Shown here: in pieces, positions 48,096 to 56,802 of the stretch
How positions within the stretch are numbered: the first letter of the stretch is position 1
Layout: every line of letters starts with the position of its first letter
Source of the DNA: an uncultured Gammaproteobacteria bacterium
Lineage (GTDB): Bacteria; Patescibacteriota; Microgenomatia; UBA8517
Direction of reading: 5' to 3'
NCBI GenBank assembly: GCA_965231135.1
Contig: OZ246419.1
Location: 81,028 to 145,027, forward strand
Length of the DNA stretch: 64,000 nt
The notes under the pieces: model-generated
The model's input: only the letters and a program-made list of their open reading frames with translations
Told to the model about the DNA's origin: nothing
The model's database searches: none
Made by a program: the position numbers and the translations under genes

Positions 48096-49316
48096 ATGGA
48101 ACAGCATCCAGTACCACAAAATATTAGTAGCTATCAGTTTCACCTTGTGGGGGACATGACGCTGAAGCAGTTTTTGGAAATTGGAGGAGGAGTCTTGGTT
48201 GCAGTTTTATTTTATGCAACTGGGCTTCCAGGGATAATTAAACTTCCATTAATTTTAATATCTTGCGGACTTGGCGCCGCACTTGCTTTTGTACCACTTG
48301 AGGAACGTCCACTTGAACAATGGATATTTGCCTTTTTTAGATCTGTATACTCGCCTACTCAATTTCATTGGGATAAAAAACAGGACGTTAAATATTTTGC
48401 AGATGAGAGCGCGACTGAAAATACTGGAGCATCAACCCAAAATACAAAAACAAACCCTGTTTCAAATATTCCATTTTTGAATAAACTCGATTCATCTGAG
48501 AGCTCGTATCTATCTAAACTTGCGGGGGTTTTTAATCCAACTGTTTCACAAACCGCTACTCCAGCTATAGAAACAAAACAAGAAATACAAACACATAACG
48601 AAACAGTGATCAATCACCCAAGCTTTAATCCTAACCCTATTAATTCTGCTTCGCAGAGCGATTCAACACAAACACAAACTACAAACACGCAAACAATTCC
48701 ACAGATAAACGCAAACACTGACAATTCAAGAATAAATGTCACAGCAAGCTTTAACACAAATAGCTCAGGAGATATTTTGACAGAACACATTCAAGGCGGA
48801 GAAACTCCAATACAAGCTACGCCGTCCGTACAACAACCCAAGGAAGTTGTTGTTCCAACAAGCGGACCAATATCTGTTGAACCAACAATTGAAGAGAGAC
48901 CAAAAATTGTAGTACAAGAAATTAAAAGACCTGTTGAAAAGATTGATATCACTCAAACTGCTGTAAACCCAACACTTATTGGGGGTGCAGTTGGCGATGC
49001 ACAACAAGCTAGCTTTTCAGTGAACGCTGCACCACCTTCTTTGCCTACAATCCCTAATACAATTTCTGGTCAAGTGATGGATTCAACAAGTCATATAATT
49101 GAAGGGGCTATACTTGAAATAAAGGATGCTGAAGGACGAGCTGTACGAGCACTTCGCACAAATAAGGCAGGACACTTTTTGATTGTTACACCGCTAATTA
49201 ACGGAAAATATAATATCGTACTTGAAAAAGAAGGATATAATTTTGAACCGATTGAATTTGAAGTAAACGGAGGTATTATTCAGCCAATTGCTATTCGAGC
49301 AAAAGCAATAAATTAA
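48096..49316 (+). CDS. Membrane protein with N-terminal two-TM module, Thr/Gln-rich linker and C-terminal carboxypeptidase-regulatory-like beta domain
   Basis: Two TM helices in first 90 aa (possible VirB3/PrgI-like module); C-terminal ISGQVMDSTSHIIEGAILEIKDAEGRAV...TNKAGHFLI...GKYNIVLEKEGY matches the CarboxypepD_reg pattern. Confidence 0.5.
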   Translation: MEQHPVPQNISSYQFHLVGDMTLKQFLEIGGGVLVAVLFYATGLPGIIKLPLILISCGLGAALAFVPLEERPLEQWIFAFFRSVYSPTQFHWDKKQDVKYFADESATENTGASTQNTKTNPVSNIPFLNKLDSSESSYLSKLAGVFNPTVSQTATPAIETKQEIQTHNETVINHPSFNPNPINSASQSDSTQTQTTNTQTIPQINANTDNSRINVTASFNTNSSGDILTEHIQGGETPIQATPSVQQPKEVVVPTSGPISVEPTIEERPKIVVQEIKRPVEKIDITQTAVNPTLIGGAVGDAQQASFSVNAAPPSLPTIPNTISGQVMDSTSHIIEGAILEIKDAEGRAVRALRTNKAGHFLIVTPLINGKYNIVLEKEGYNFEPIEFEVNGGIIQPIAIRAKAIN

Positions 49317-49317
49317 A

Positions 49318-50058
49318 ATGCAAAACAACAATCAACAAAATCAGTCTCAACCAATACAAAAAACTCCCAACAAAACAGTTGATAATGCAAAAAACATGAT
49401 TGGAAAGATTCCTTTTTTGAATCTTCCTGATTTACCGCTTATTTCTACAACACAGGATGAACTTCCAATTGCTGATATAACTGACGATTTAGTTTTATTT
49501 AAAGATGGAGGAGCAGCTTTGGTCATGGAAACTACTTCACTTAACTTTGGATTGTTATCTGAAAAAGAACAACAAGCCGTAGTTTATTCATATGCTGCAC
49601 TTCTTAATTCACTTTCTTTTTCAATACAAATACTTGTTAGATCTCAGCGAAAAGATATAAGCAATTATTTAACTTATTTAGCTGAAGCTGCTAACAAGAT
49701 TTCCAATCCTAAACTACAGGTTGTTATGAACTCTTATAGGACTTTTATTGCTGAGATTGTTAAAAAGAAAAATGTTTTAGGAAAGCGATTTTTTATCGTT
49801 GTACCATTTTCTCCACTGGAACTTGGAGCTAAACAATCTTTTTCGACAGTCACAAAACGAGGGCCACTTCCCTTTCCTAAAAGTTATATTTTGAAAAAAG
49901 CACAAGTGGCGCTTTATCCAAAACGAGATCATTTAACAAGACAGGCTGGAAGACTTTCTATAAAATTAACACAATTAAATACAAACCAATTAATAGAATT
50001 ATTTTATGAATTTTATAATCCGACGCCGCCAGCAATTACTGATAAAGGAATCAAATGA
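49318..50058 (+). CDS. VirB4/TrbE N-terminal domain encoded as a separate ORF
   Basis: LPIADITDDLVLFKDGGAALVMETTSLNFGLLSEKEQQAVVYSYAALLNSLSFSIQILVRSQR matches the CagE_TrbE_VirB N-terminal signature; stop overlaps downstream start in ATGA. Confidence 0.55.
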   Translation: MQNNNQQNQSQPIQKTPNKTVDNAKNMIGKIPFLNLPDLPLISTTQDELPIADITDDLVLFKDGGAALVMETTSLNFGLLSEKEQQAVVYSYAALLNSLSFSIQILVRSQRKDISNYLTYLAEAANKISNPKLQVVMNSYRTFIAEIVKKKNVLGKRFFIVVPFSPLELGAKQSFSTVTKRGPLPFPKSYILKKAQVALYPKRDHLTRQAGRLSIKLTQLNTNQLIELFYEFYNPTPPAITDKGIK

Positions 50059-51809
50059 AAAACTCTAAACCACAGATTTCGAATCCATTAATTGAATATG
50101 CAAAAGGTGAAATGAGCGTTCAAGATATTATTGCTCCAAAAGAATTTGAGATTGATTTTGATTATGTAAAAATTGGAGACACTTATCTTCGAACTCTTTT
50201 TGTGGGAGGGTATCCGAGATTTGTAACTCCAGGATGGCTTGAACCTGTTATTAATTTTAATCATTCAATGGATATTTCTTTTTATATTTATCCAGTTGAA
50301 GGCAAAGATGTACTTGATGATTTGAAAAGAAAAATTACAGAAATGGAAGCTGAAATATCAACTGATATACAGCGCGGGAAAATAGTTAATCCATCAACTG
50401 AGGCAAAACTAGAAGATGCGCGAGCGCTTCAGGAGCAGCTTGTGAAAGGAGCTGAAAGATTTTTTGAGTTTTCATTTTATATAACTATTCCTGCTGCAAC
50501 CTTGGAAGAACTTAACCATGTAACAAAACAAGTAGAATCAACGCTTGGATCACTTTTGATTGTAGGCAAAAAAGCTTCTCTTGATATGGAGAGAGGGTTT
50601 TTGTCTACAGGACCGATTGGATTTGACAGACTTTCAATAACGAGAAACATGGATACAACTTCTCTTGCCACAACATTTCCTTTTACATCTGCAGAATTGT
50701 CTTCTGATACAGGAATTCTTTATGGAATAAATCCTCAAAATGAATCATTTATTATTTTTGATCGCTTTAGTTTGGAAAATTATAATATGACAATCTTTGC
50801 TACTTCTGGAGCTGGAAAATCTTTCTTTGTGAAACTTGAAAGTGTACGATCTTTAATGCTTGGAAGCGAAATAATCATTATTGACCCTGAGGCGGAATAT
50901 AAACCTTTAACTGATGCAGTGGGCGGAGAATATATTTCTTTTTCTTTTAATAGTCCTGCTAAAATTAATCCTTTTGATTTGTCGCAGATTTATGAAGAGG
51001 GAGAAAACCAACTTGGACTTAAAATACTTTCGCTGCATTCACTTTTCAGAGTTATTATGGGAGAACTAAATGCAACACAGGATGCCATGCTTGACCGCGC
51101 TCTTGTAATGACATACCGCTCTAAAGGGATTACACAAGACCCTGGGACACAAACTAAAGAGCCGCCGCTTATTGAGGATCTTTATAAAACATTGATTGGA
51201 ATGGAAGTACCTGAAGCACTTGACCTTGCTGCACGAATTGAAAAATATGTAAAAGGATCATTTGTTGGAATTTTTGATCAACAAACAAATATTGATATTA
51301 CAAACCCTTTTACTGTATTTTCTATTCAAGACCTTCAGGAAGTACTTCGACCGATTGCAATGTTTATAATATTAGACTTTATATGGACAAAAGTGAAAAA
51401 AGATAAAAAGAAACGCTTATTAATTGTTGATGAAGCCTGGATTATGATGAGATATCCAGATACGGCACAGTTTTTATGGAGCGTTGTGAAGCGGGCACGT
51501 AAATATTTTTTGGGGCTTACTACAATAACTCAAGATGTGGAAGATTTTTTGGGACAAGATATTGGAAAAGCTATTGTTACAAATTCATCGCTTCGTGTTT
51601 TATTGAAACAATCCCCTGCTGCAATTGATAAAGTTGGAGATTTGTTTTATCTTTCACAAGGAGAAAGGCAACTTCTCATGGCAGCAAACGTTGGCGAAGG
51701 AATATTTTTTGCAGGACCACACCATGCACCAATTCGCGTGGTTGCATCACCTGAAGAATATAAACTTATAACTACAAAGCCGAGCGAAGTAATAGACAAG
51801 AAGGTATAA
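50055..51809 (+). CDS. VirB4/TraC/TrbE-family T4SS ATPase (central and C-terminal domains)
   Basis: YLRTLFVGGYPRFVTPGWLEPVIN region, Walker A FATSGAGKSFFVK, Walker B LLIVDEAW, conserved GxTQ and R-finger regions. Confidence 0.85.
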   Translation: MKNSKPQISNPLIEYAKGEMSVQDIIAPKEFEIDFDYVKIGDTYLRTLFVGGYPRFVTPGWLEPVINFNHSMDISFYIYPVEGKDVLDDLKRKITEMEAEISTDIQRGKIVNPSTEAKLEDARALQEQLVKGAERFFEFSFYITIPAATLEELNHVTKQVESTLGSLLIVGKKASLDMERGFLSTGPIGFDRLSITRNMDTTSLATTFPFTSAELSSDTGILYGINPQNESFIIFDRFSLENYNMTIFATSGAGKSFFVKLESVRSLMLGSEIIIIDPEAEYKPLTDAVGGEYISFSFNSPAKINPFDLSQIYEEGENQLGLKILSLHSLFRVIMGELNATQDAMLDRALVMTYRSKGITQDPGTQTKEPPLIEDLYKTLIGMEVPEALDLAARIEKYVKGSFVGIFDQQTNIDITNPFTVFSIQDLQEVLRPIAMFIILDFIWTKVKKDKKKRLLIVDEAWIMMRYPDTAQFLWSVVKRARKYFLGLTTITQDVEDFLGQDIGKAIVTNSSLRVLLKQSPAAIDKVGDLFYLSQGERQLLMAANVGEGIFFAGPHHAPIRVVASPEEYKLITTKPSEVIDKKV

Positions 51810-51815
51810 TATGGT

Positions 51816-54800
51816 ATGGTTCCGCTTGAACTTATTAATTCAGAGAATTTAGGACTTGCTTTAGAATCTTTTTCATACTTTACACAACATCCTCAAGAAA
51901 TATCTTATGGGAAGATAAAAAAAGATGAACTTATTGATTTTATCTTAGATGTAACCAATCAAGAAGATATTAATAAAGCAATTTCTGTATTAAATAAGCT
52001 TTATAGAGAAAAACTTGCTGAAGAAAATAAACCTGTAGCTCCTCCCCCGCAACCAAGCGTAACAGTTCCACTTAATTCAAAAGATTTGGTTGCAGCTCTT
52101 GATAAATATATTGCTGACAAAAAAGAACAAGCGAGACTTTACGATGAGTTTGTTGGCAGCTTTGAAAGACAAGAGGAAGCAAAAGCTTACCAAATGAAGC
52201 TTGAAGATGAAGCACAAATCAGACAAATGATCCGTCAAGATGATCAAAGGTTTATTCAGGAAACTGTAAAGCGAACTGCAAAACAACAAAAAATAACTAA
52301 TGAACAAGCAAAAGAGTTAGTTCAACAAAGAATTAATAATTTAAATAAGACAACTCCTCAATTTAAAACAAGAGTTGCAGAAGAACTGCGAAAAAGTATT
52401 GCAGTAAAAAATGAAGTGCTTCCTGCAGAGACAGAAGAAAGAATCACACAAGCTGTAAATGATTACACTGATCGCGGAATTGTTCCTGATTTAAGAAAAA
52501 TAAAAGCTTTTGAAGATCAACCTAAATCAAAAGAAGAAGTAAGAGAGGAAATAATTCAGGCTGTTACTAGTTCTGCAAGCGAAAAATTAACAGCAGAAGC
52601 TCAAGAAAAAGTAGATAAATTAGTTGATGAAGTTATTAAGGAGGGAAGAAAAATTGATAACGATGAGGTAGTCGCAAGAGTAAGGCTTGCTGAGCCAATT
52701 ATTGTAGCGCCAGAACAAAAAACTGTGCCTGTTGTTTTAAATAAAGAAGAAGTAAGAATTTTAGATAACGATCTTCAAGAATTACAAACTAGCAGAGAAC
52801 AATTTATTGAAGATAAGGCAACTAAAATTGCGAGTAACTTAAGAAATTCAGGGCTGGTAAAAAATTTGACTCCCAAACAAGTTAATCAGATTTCAACAGA
52901 AATTTCTCGCGACAATGCAGAAAAATTAGAACCTTTAGCAAAGCAGGTTGAAGGAAAAACAATAGAAGACAGACAAGTATTGCTTTCACAAATACAAAAA
53001 CCAGCTAACCCAGTTGCCATATTAGGACCTGCAACCGACCCTAAATCGTCTATCTATCAAAATATTCCAGATGCACAAATTATAGCTGCGAAAATGGAGA
53101 AATTAAGAATAAGAGCTGCTACTGAAGAAGATTTTATTGAAAATGGATTGTCAGCAGAATATGACAAAAACATAATAACTGCTTTGAGAGGAGATCCTCT
53201 TGAAAAATTTCAAGAAGTTGAAGAAGAAGAAAATAAAAAAGGTTATGAGTTTGATTTTAATAAAGCATATGATTTATATCAAAAGTTTTTTAGGAACCAA
53301 GAAACTATTATTACTTCTGCTGAAACTGCAATACAACTAGCGCAGCCTGAAATTATTCCTTTTATTTTTGATGCAAGTATTGGATCTTATGCAGGATTTA
53401 CAATTGCATCGTCAATTGTAGCTGAAGCAAGTAGTAATGCAATAGCAACACAAGTTTTTAATCCCCGACTTCTGCAAATCTCAAACGCAATGCTTCCATC
53501 AACTAGTTTTGCATTACCTGGTGCAACAGGAGTAACGATAAGCGAAGGAGTTGTAGGACAACTTGCTGGGTACATATCACTTGGAGGGGCGCAAGGGGTA
53601 CCTGTTTTTATTATTACAGGAGGACAGGCTGGAGCAACACTTCTTGCTGAAGGAGCAACAACTTTTTATTTGGGAGCTCCTCAAGCAGTTGCAGCTCTCG
53701 CTGAAAGTGGTGTAGCAGAGCTTGGAACGGGAATTTTTGCTGAAGGATTAACAACTGCAGCAAGCCTTGGAGCAGAAGGTGGAGTAGTTGCTGCTACGGC
53801 AGTTGGCGGAACAGAACTAGCAGTTGCAGGAACTGGAGCTGCAGCCGCTACCGCAACCACTGCAGCTGGGGCTGCTACAGCTGCCACCGGAGCATTAGGC
53901 GCACTTGCCGGATTTATTGCAACACCTCTTGGAGCTTTAATTACAGGATTTTTGGTTAGTAAAATTCTACCTTTAATTAAGAAATATATTGTTCCTATTT
54001 TTGCCGGAATTGGTGCATTAGTTGGAGGAGTTGTTTTTGGAGGATTCGGAGTTTTGGGAGGGGCAGTAGTTGGGGCAGGACTTGCAGGAGGATTAACAGC
54101 TGGAACAATAGAAGGAGCTGTAGCGACAGTTACTGGAGGAATTGCAGCACTTGGAACAGCGTTTGCGACGGCAATTATTGGGCCATTTATTGCTGCTTTA
54201 ATTGGAATTCCAGTTATTGTTGCTTTAATTTTATTTATTATAAATAGCGGAGCCTATGTGGTACCTCAAGGGACTGGTTTTTCGCTAGGAACAGGCGGAG
54301 GAGTTAATATTAGTGAGCCATGCGATACTGCTTCTATTCCAGGAAATCCAGCTGCTGCTGCAGTTTGTATAGTTGATGCCCTGATTCAATCTAATTTAAA
54401 TCCTCTAAATTCGACTATGTTTACATCCACAAATTGGAGCGGTTTTGTAAGTTCATTACCAGCTCCTGTAGTAAAACCAATTCACGATGTTACTGCAAAT
54501 AATTTTAATCTTCAATGTACAGCTCTGGTTGCAGCAAGCGCCGCTTATGCTTATAGTCAAAACTTTTTACTTAATCACCCAAAAGCTTGCGGTTATCTTT
54601 ATACACCACCAAGCGGTTATACAGCAATACACGGAACCGCAGGAATTGCTGCAGGAGATTTTTTTATAATTGATGGAACTCCAAATTGCAGTTCTGGAAC
54701 AGCAGGGCATATTGGCGTGGTAGAATCAGTTGACGGAGCATTAATTAGCTGTGCTGATGCTAATTATATTGGACCTGGAGCGGTGAGAGTTGCTCATGGA

Positions 54801-54845
54801 TGTTTTGCGTTATCACAAATTACTGGATATTTAAGAAAACAATAG
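51816..54845 (+). CDS. Giant membrane protein (1009 aa) with coiled-coil N-terminus, Gly/Ala-rich multi-TM core and C-terminal CHAP-domain peptidoglycan hydrolase
   Basis: C-terminal ...LQCTALVAASAAYAYSQ...GDFFIIDG...GHIGVVESVDGALISCADANY matches CHAP catalytic Cys and His; central AAGAATAATGALGALAGF low-complexity hydrophobic region. Confidence 0.6.
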   Translation: MVPLELINSENLGLALESFSYFTQHPQEISYGKIKKDELIDFILDVTNQEDINKAISVLNKLYREKLAEENKPVAPPPQPSVTVPLNSKDLVAALDKYIADKKEQARLYDEFVGSFERQEEAKAYQMKLEDEAQIRQMIRQDDQRFIQETVKRTAKQQKITNEQAKELVQQRINNLNKTTPQFKTRVAEELRKSIAVKNEVLPAETEERITQAVNDYTDRGIVPDLRKIKAFEDQPKSKEEVREEIIQAVTSSASEKLTAEAQEKVDKLVDEVIKEGRKIDNDEVVARVRLAEPIIVAPEQKTVPVVLNKEEVRILDNDLQELQTSREQFIEDKATKIASNLRNSGLVKNLTPKQVNQISTEISRDNAEKLEPLAKQVEGKTIEDRQVLLSQIQKPANPVAILGPATDPKSSIYQNIPDAQIIAAKMEKLRIRAATEEDFIENGLSAEYDKNIITALRGDPLEKFQEVEEEENKKGYEFDFNKAYDLYQKFFRNQETIITSAETAIQLAQPEIIPFIFDASIGSYAGFTIASSIVAEASSNAIATQVFNPRLLQISNAMLPSTSFALPGATGVTISEGVVGQLAGYISLGGAQGVPVFIITGGQAGATLLAEGATTFYLGAPQAVAALAESGVAELGTGIFAEGLTTAASLGAEGGVVAATAVGGTELAVAGTGAAAATATTAAGAATAATGALGALAGFIATPLGALITGFLVSKILPLIKKYIVPIFAGIGALVGGVVFGGFGVLGGAVVGAGLAGGLTAGTIEGAVATVTGGIAALGTAFATAIIGPFIAALIGIPVIVALILFIINSGAYVVPQGTGFSLGTGGGVNISEPCDTASIPGNPAAAAVCIVDALIQSNLNPLNSTMFTSTNWSGFVSSLPAPVVKPIHDVTANNFNLQCTALVAASAAYAYSQNFLLNHPKACGYLYTPPSGYTAIHGTAGIAAGDFFIIDGTPNCSSGTAGHIGVVESVDGALISCADANYIGPGAVRVAHGCFALSQITGYLRKQ

Positions 54846-54848
54846 AAT

Positions 54849-55463
54849 ATGAGTAGAAAATGGAAAATAATAATTGCTGGAGTTGTAATTTTTATAGTTA
54901 TTATAATTATTTCTTTTCTGACTTCAACTCAAAAAAACCAAATTCAAGGACCGCTTACTATAACAAGCTCAGTACCTTCCAACCAAGCAAGTAATGTTAA
55001 TGTTTTTGATCCAATTACAATAACTTTTAATCAAAATATAAATCCTGCTTTGATTGGTGTTACATCAACTCCAAACGAAAACTGGAGTATTTCTCAAAAT
55101 TCACCAGCCACAATTACAATTAACCATACACTTTATCTTCAAGAAAACACATCATATCAACTCTCAATTAATCAAAGCGGAGTCTCTATTGGAATATTAA
55201 ATTTTAAAACAGCTCAAGACCAAAACGATCCGCGGCAATTACAACAATTACAGTCAGATCTTAATAAAGATTATCCCCTTGCATCACTTACACCTTACGA
55301 AACTGCTGATTTTAAAGTAGTTTACAGTGCACCACTTACACTGGAAATAGATCTTAAAAGTGCTATTAGTTCACAAGATGCAATTTCGCAAGTAAAAACA
55401 TGGGTAAGCACAAACGGAGTTGACCCTTCAACACATACTTACAGGGTAGTTCCTAGTAAATAA
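54849..55463 (+). CDS. Membrane-anchored hypothetical protein with Ig-like beta domain
   Basis: N-terminal TM helix; S/T/N-rich extracytoplasmic part. Confidence 0.4.
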   Translation: MSRKWKIIIAGVVIFIVIIIISFLTSTQKNQIQGPLTITSSVPSNQASNVNVFDPITITFNQNINPALIGVTSTPNENWSISQNSPATITINHTLYLQENTSYQLSINQSGVSIGILNFKTAQDQNDPRQLQQLQSDLNKDYPLASLTPYETADFKVVYSAPLTLEIDLKSAISSQDAISQVKTWVSTNGVDPSTHTYRVVPSK

Positions 55464-55467
55464 ATTA

Positions 55468-56598
55468 TTAGCTTTGGACTCTAACTGGCATAATTAAATG
55501 AAGAAAGTTTTCGTTTTTACTGTCTACAAAAATTACAGGAGAAACTGCATCTGTTAATTTCATTTCAACACTATCCCCTTCTGCATTATTCAGGAAATCT
55601 TCTACAAATTTATAATTAAACAAGACTTCAAGCGACGGGCCTTTTATCTCTGCTTCAATACTCCCTTTTTCATTGCCAGCCTTTCCTTCGCTTGTTACTG
55701 TGAGAGACCCTTCGACTCCATCAGAATTTCGCTCAGGATGACCTATGGTCATTTTGATTAAATTGCCAACGTCTTTAGCAAAAATACTTGCTAGCTTTAC
55801 ACTTTTAATAAGATCATTTTTATCAACACTTACAAGAGTAGTTGATGAAACGGGAATAATTTTTCCAAAATCAGGAAAGTTACCATCAATTAAACGGGTC
55901 GTAAAAAAGACATCGTTTATTTTTATAACAAGCTGATTTTCTGTTTCTTTAGATTCAATTAAAATCTCTTTGGCATTGTTTCCTATTTTTAAAAGCTCAA
56001 GAAGAGAGTTTTTGGGAATTATAACCGGCTTTAGGGATATTTCCTTGGATAAATTGACTGTGGTTTTTGATAAACGGAAGCCATCTGATGCTACTAGAGT
56101 TAATTTCGAACTTTCAAATATAAATAACACACCAGTTAGAACTGGGCGAGCAACATCCGCTCCAACTGCAAAAAGAATTTTAGTTAAGGCAGCTTTTAAT
56201 TCATCAAAAACTAAAGTAAAACTTTTTTTATCATCTATTTCATTTGGGATTTTAGGAAAATCGTTTGAAGGTGTTACTGGTAAATTAATTTCTGAATTTT
56301 GGGAAACTATTTCCATTTTTTCATTTTGTGCAATTAAATCTATTTGGCCTTTATTTAAATTAGAAATGATTTCCTCAAAATATTTTGCCGGAATTGTAAT
56401 ATTTCCTTCCTCTTCGACTTTAGCGCCAATCGAAGTTGAAATTGACATTTCAAGATTGGTTGCTGAGATTTTTAGTTTTGTTTTATCTGTTTCTAATAAG
56501 AAATTACTAAGAATTGGGAGAGTTGTACGTGACGCTATAAATCGTATTGCTGTTTGTAAGTTATTATTCAGATCTTCCTGAAGTACTTGGACTTTCAT
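55468..56598 (-). CDS. dnaN: DNA polymerase III beta sliding clamp
   Basis: N-terminal MKVQVLQEDLNNNLQTAIRFIASRTTLPILSNFLLETDKTKLKISATNLEMSI is the classic DnaN start; 376 aa; sits next to dnaA. Confidence 0.9.
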   Translation of the reverse strand: MKVQVLQEDLNNNLQTAIRFIASRTTLPILSNFLLETDKTKLKISATNLEMSISTSIGAKVEEEGNITIPAKYFEEIISNLNKGQIDLIAQNEKMEIVSQNSEINLPVTPSNDFPKIPNEIDDKKSFTLVFDELKAALTKILFAVGADVARPVLTGVLFIFESSKLTLVASDGFRLSKTTVNLSKEISLKPVIIPKNSLLELLKIGNNAKEILIESKETENQLVIKINDVFFTTRLIDGNFPDFGKIIPVSSTTLVSVDKNDLIKSVKLASIFAKDVGNLIKMTIGHPERNSDGVEGSLTVTSEGKAGNEKGSIEAEIKGPSLEVLFNYKFVEDFLNNAEGDSVEMKLTDAVSPVIFVDSKNENFLHLIMPVRVQS

Positions 56599-56802
56599 TT
56601 AATCCACATAATAGCAATTTATAAGTTTTAGTCAATAAAGTGTTAGTTTATATAATTAAATAGTAGAAGCAGTAGTAGTAATGTGGGTATGTGGATAATA
56701 GCTTTGAGGTGAATTTCGGGTGAGGTGTGGATAGTTTTGTGGATAACGCAGTTTTCATGGTGGATAAGTGGATAATTGTTGGCGTTTGTCCACAGGACAA
56801 CC
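56599..56802. promoter_or_regulatory. oriC-type DnaA-box cluster between dnaN and dnaA
   Basis: At least five TGTGGATAA/TGTGGATAG/TTGTCCACA boxes at about 56690, 56726, 56738, 56760-56777 and 56786. Confidence 0.7.

Noticed and set aside
53600-54250. Apparent DNA-level repeat in the GCAGC/GGAGC-rich stretch
   Set aside because: It is low-complexity coding for a Gly/Ala-rich hydrophobic protein core inside the 1009-aa gene (with an antisense Ala-rich artefact ORF 53681..53887), not a tandem repeat or array.
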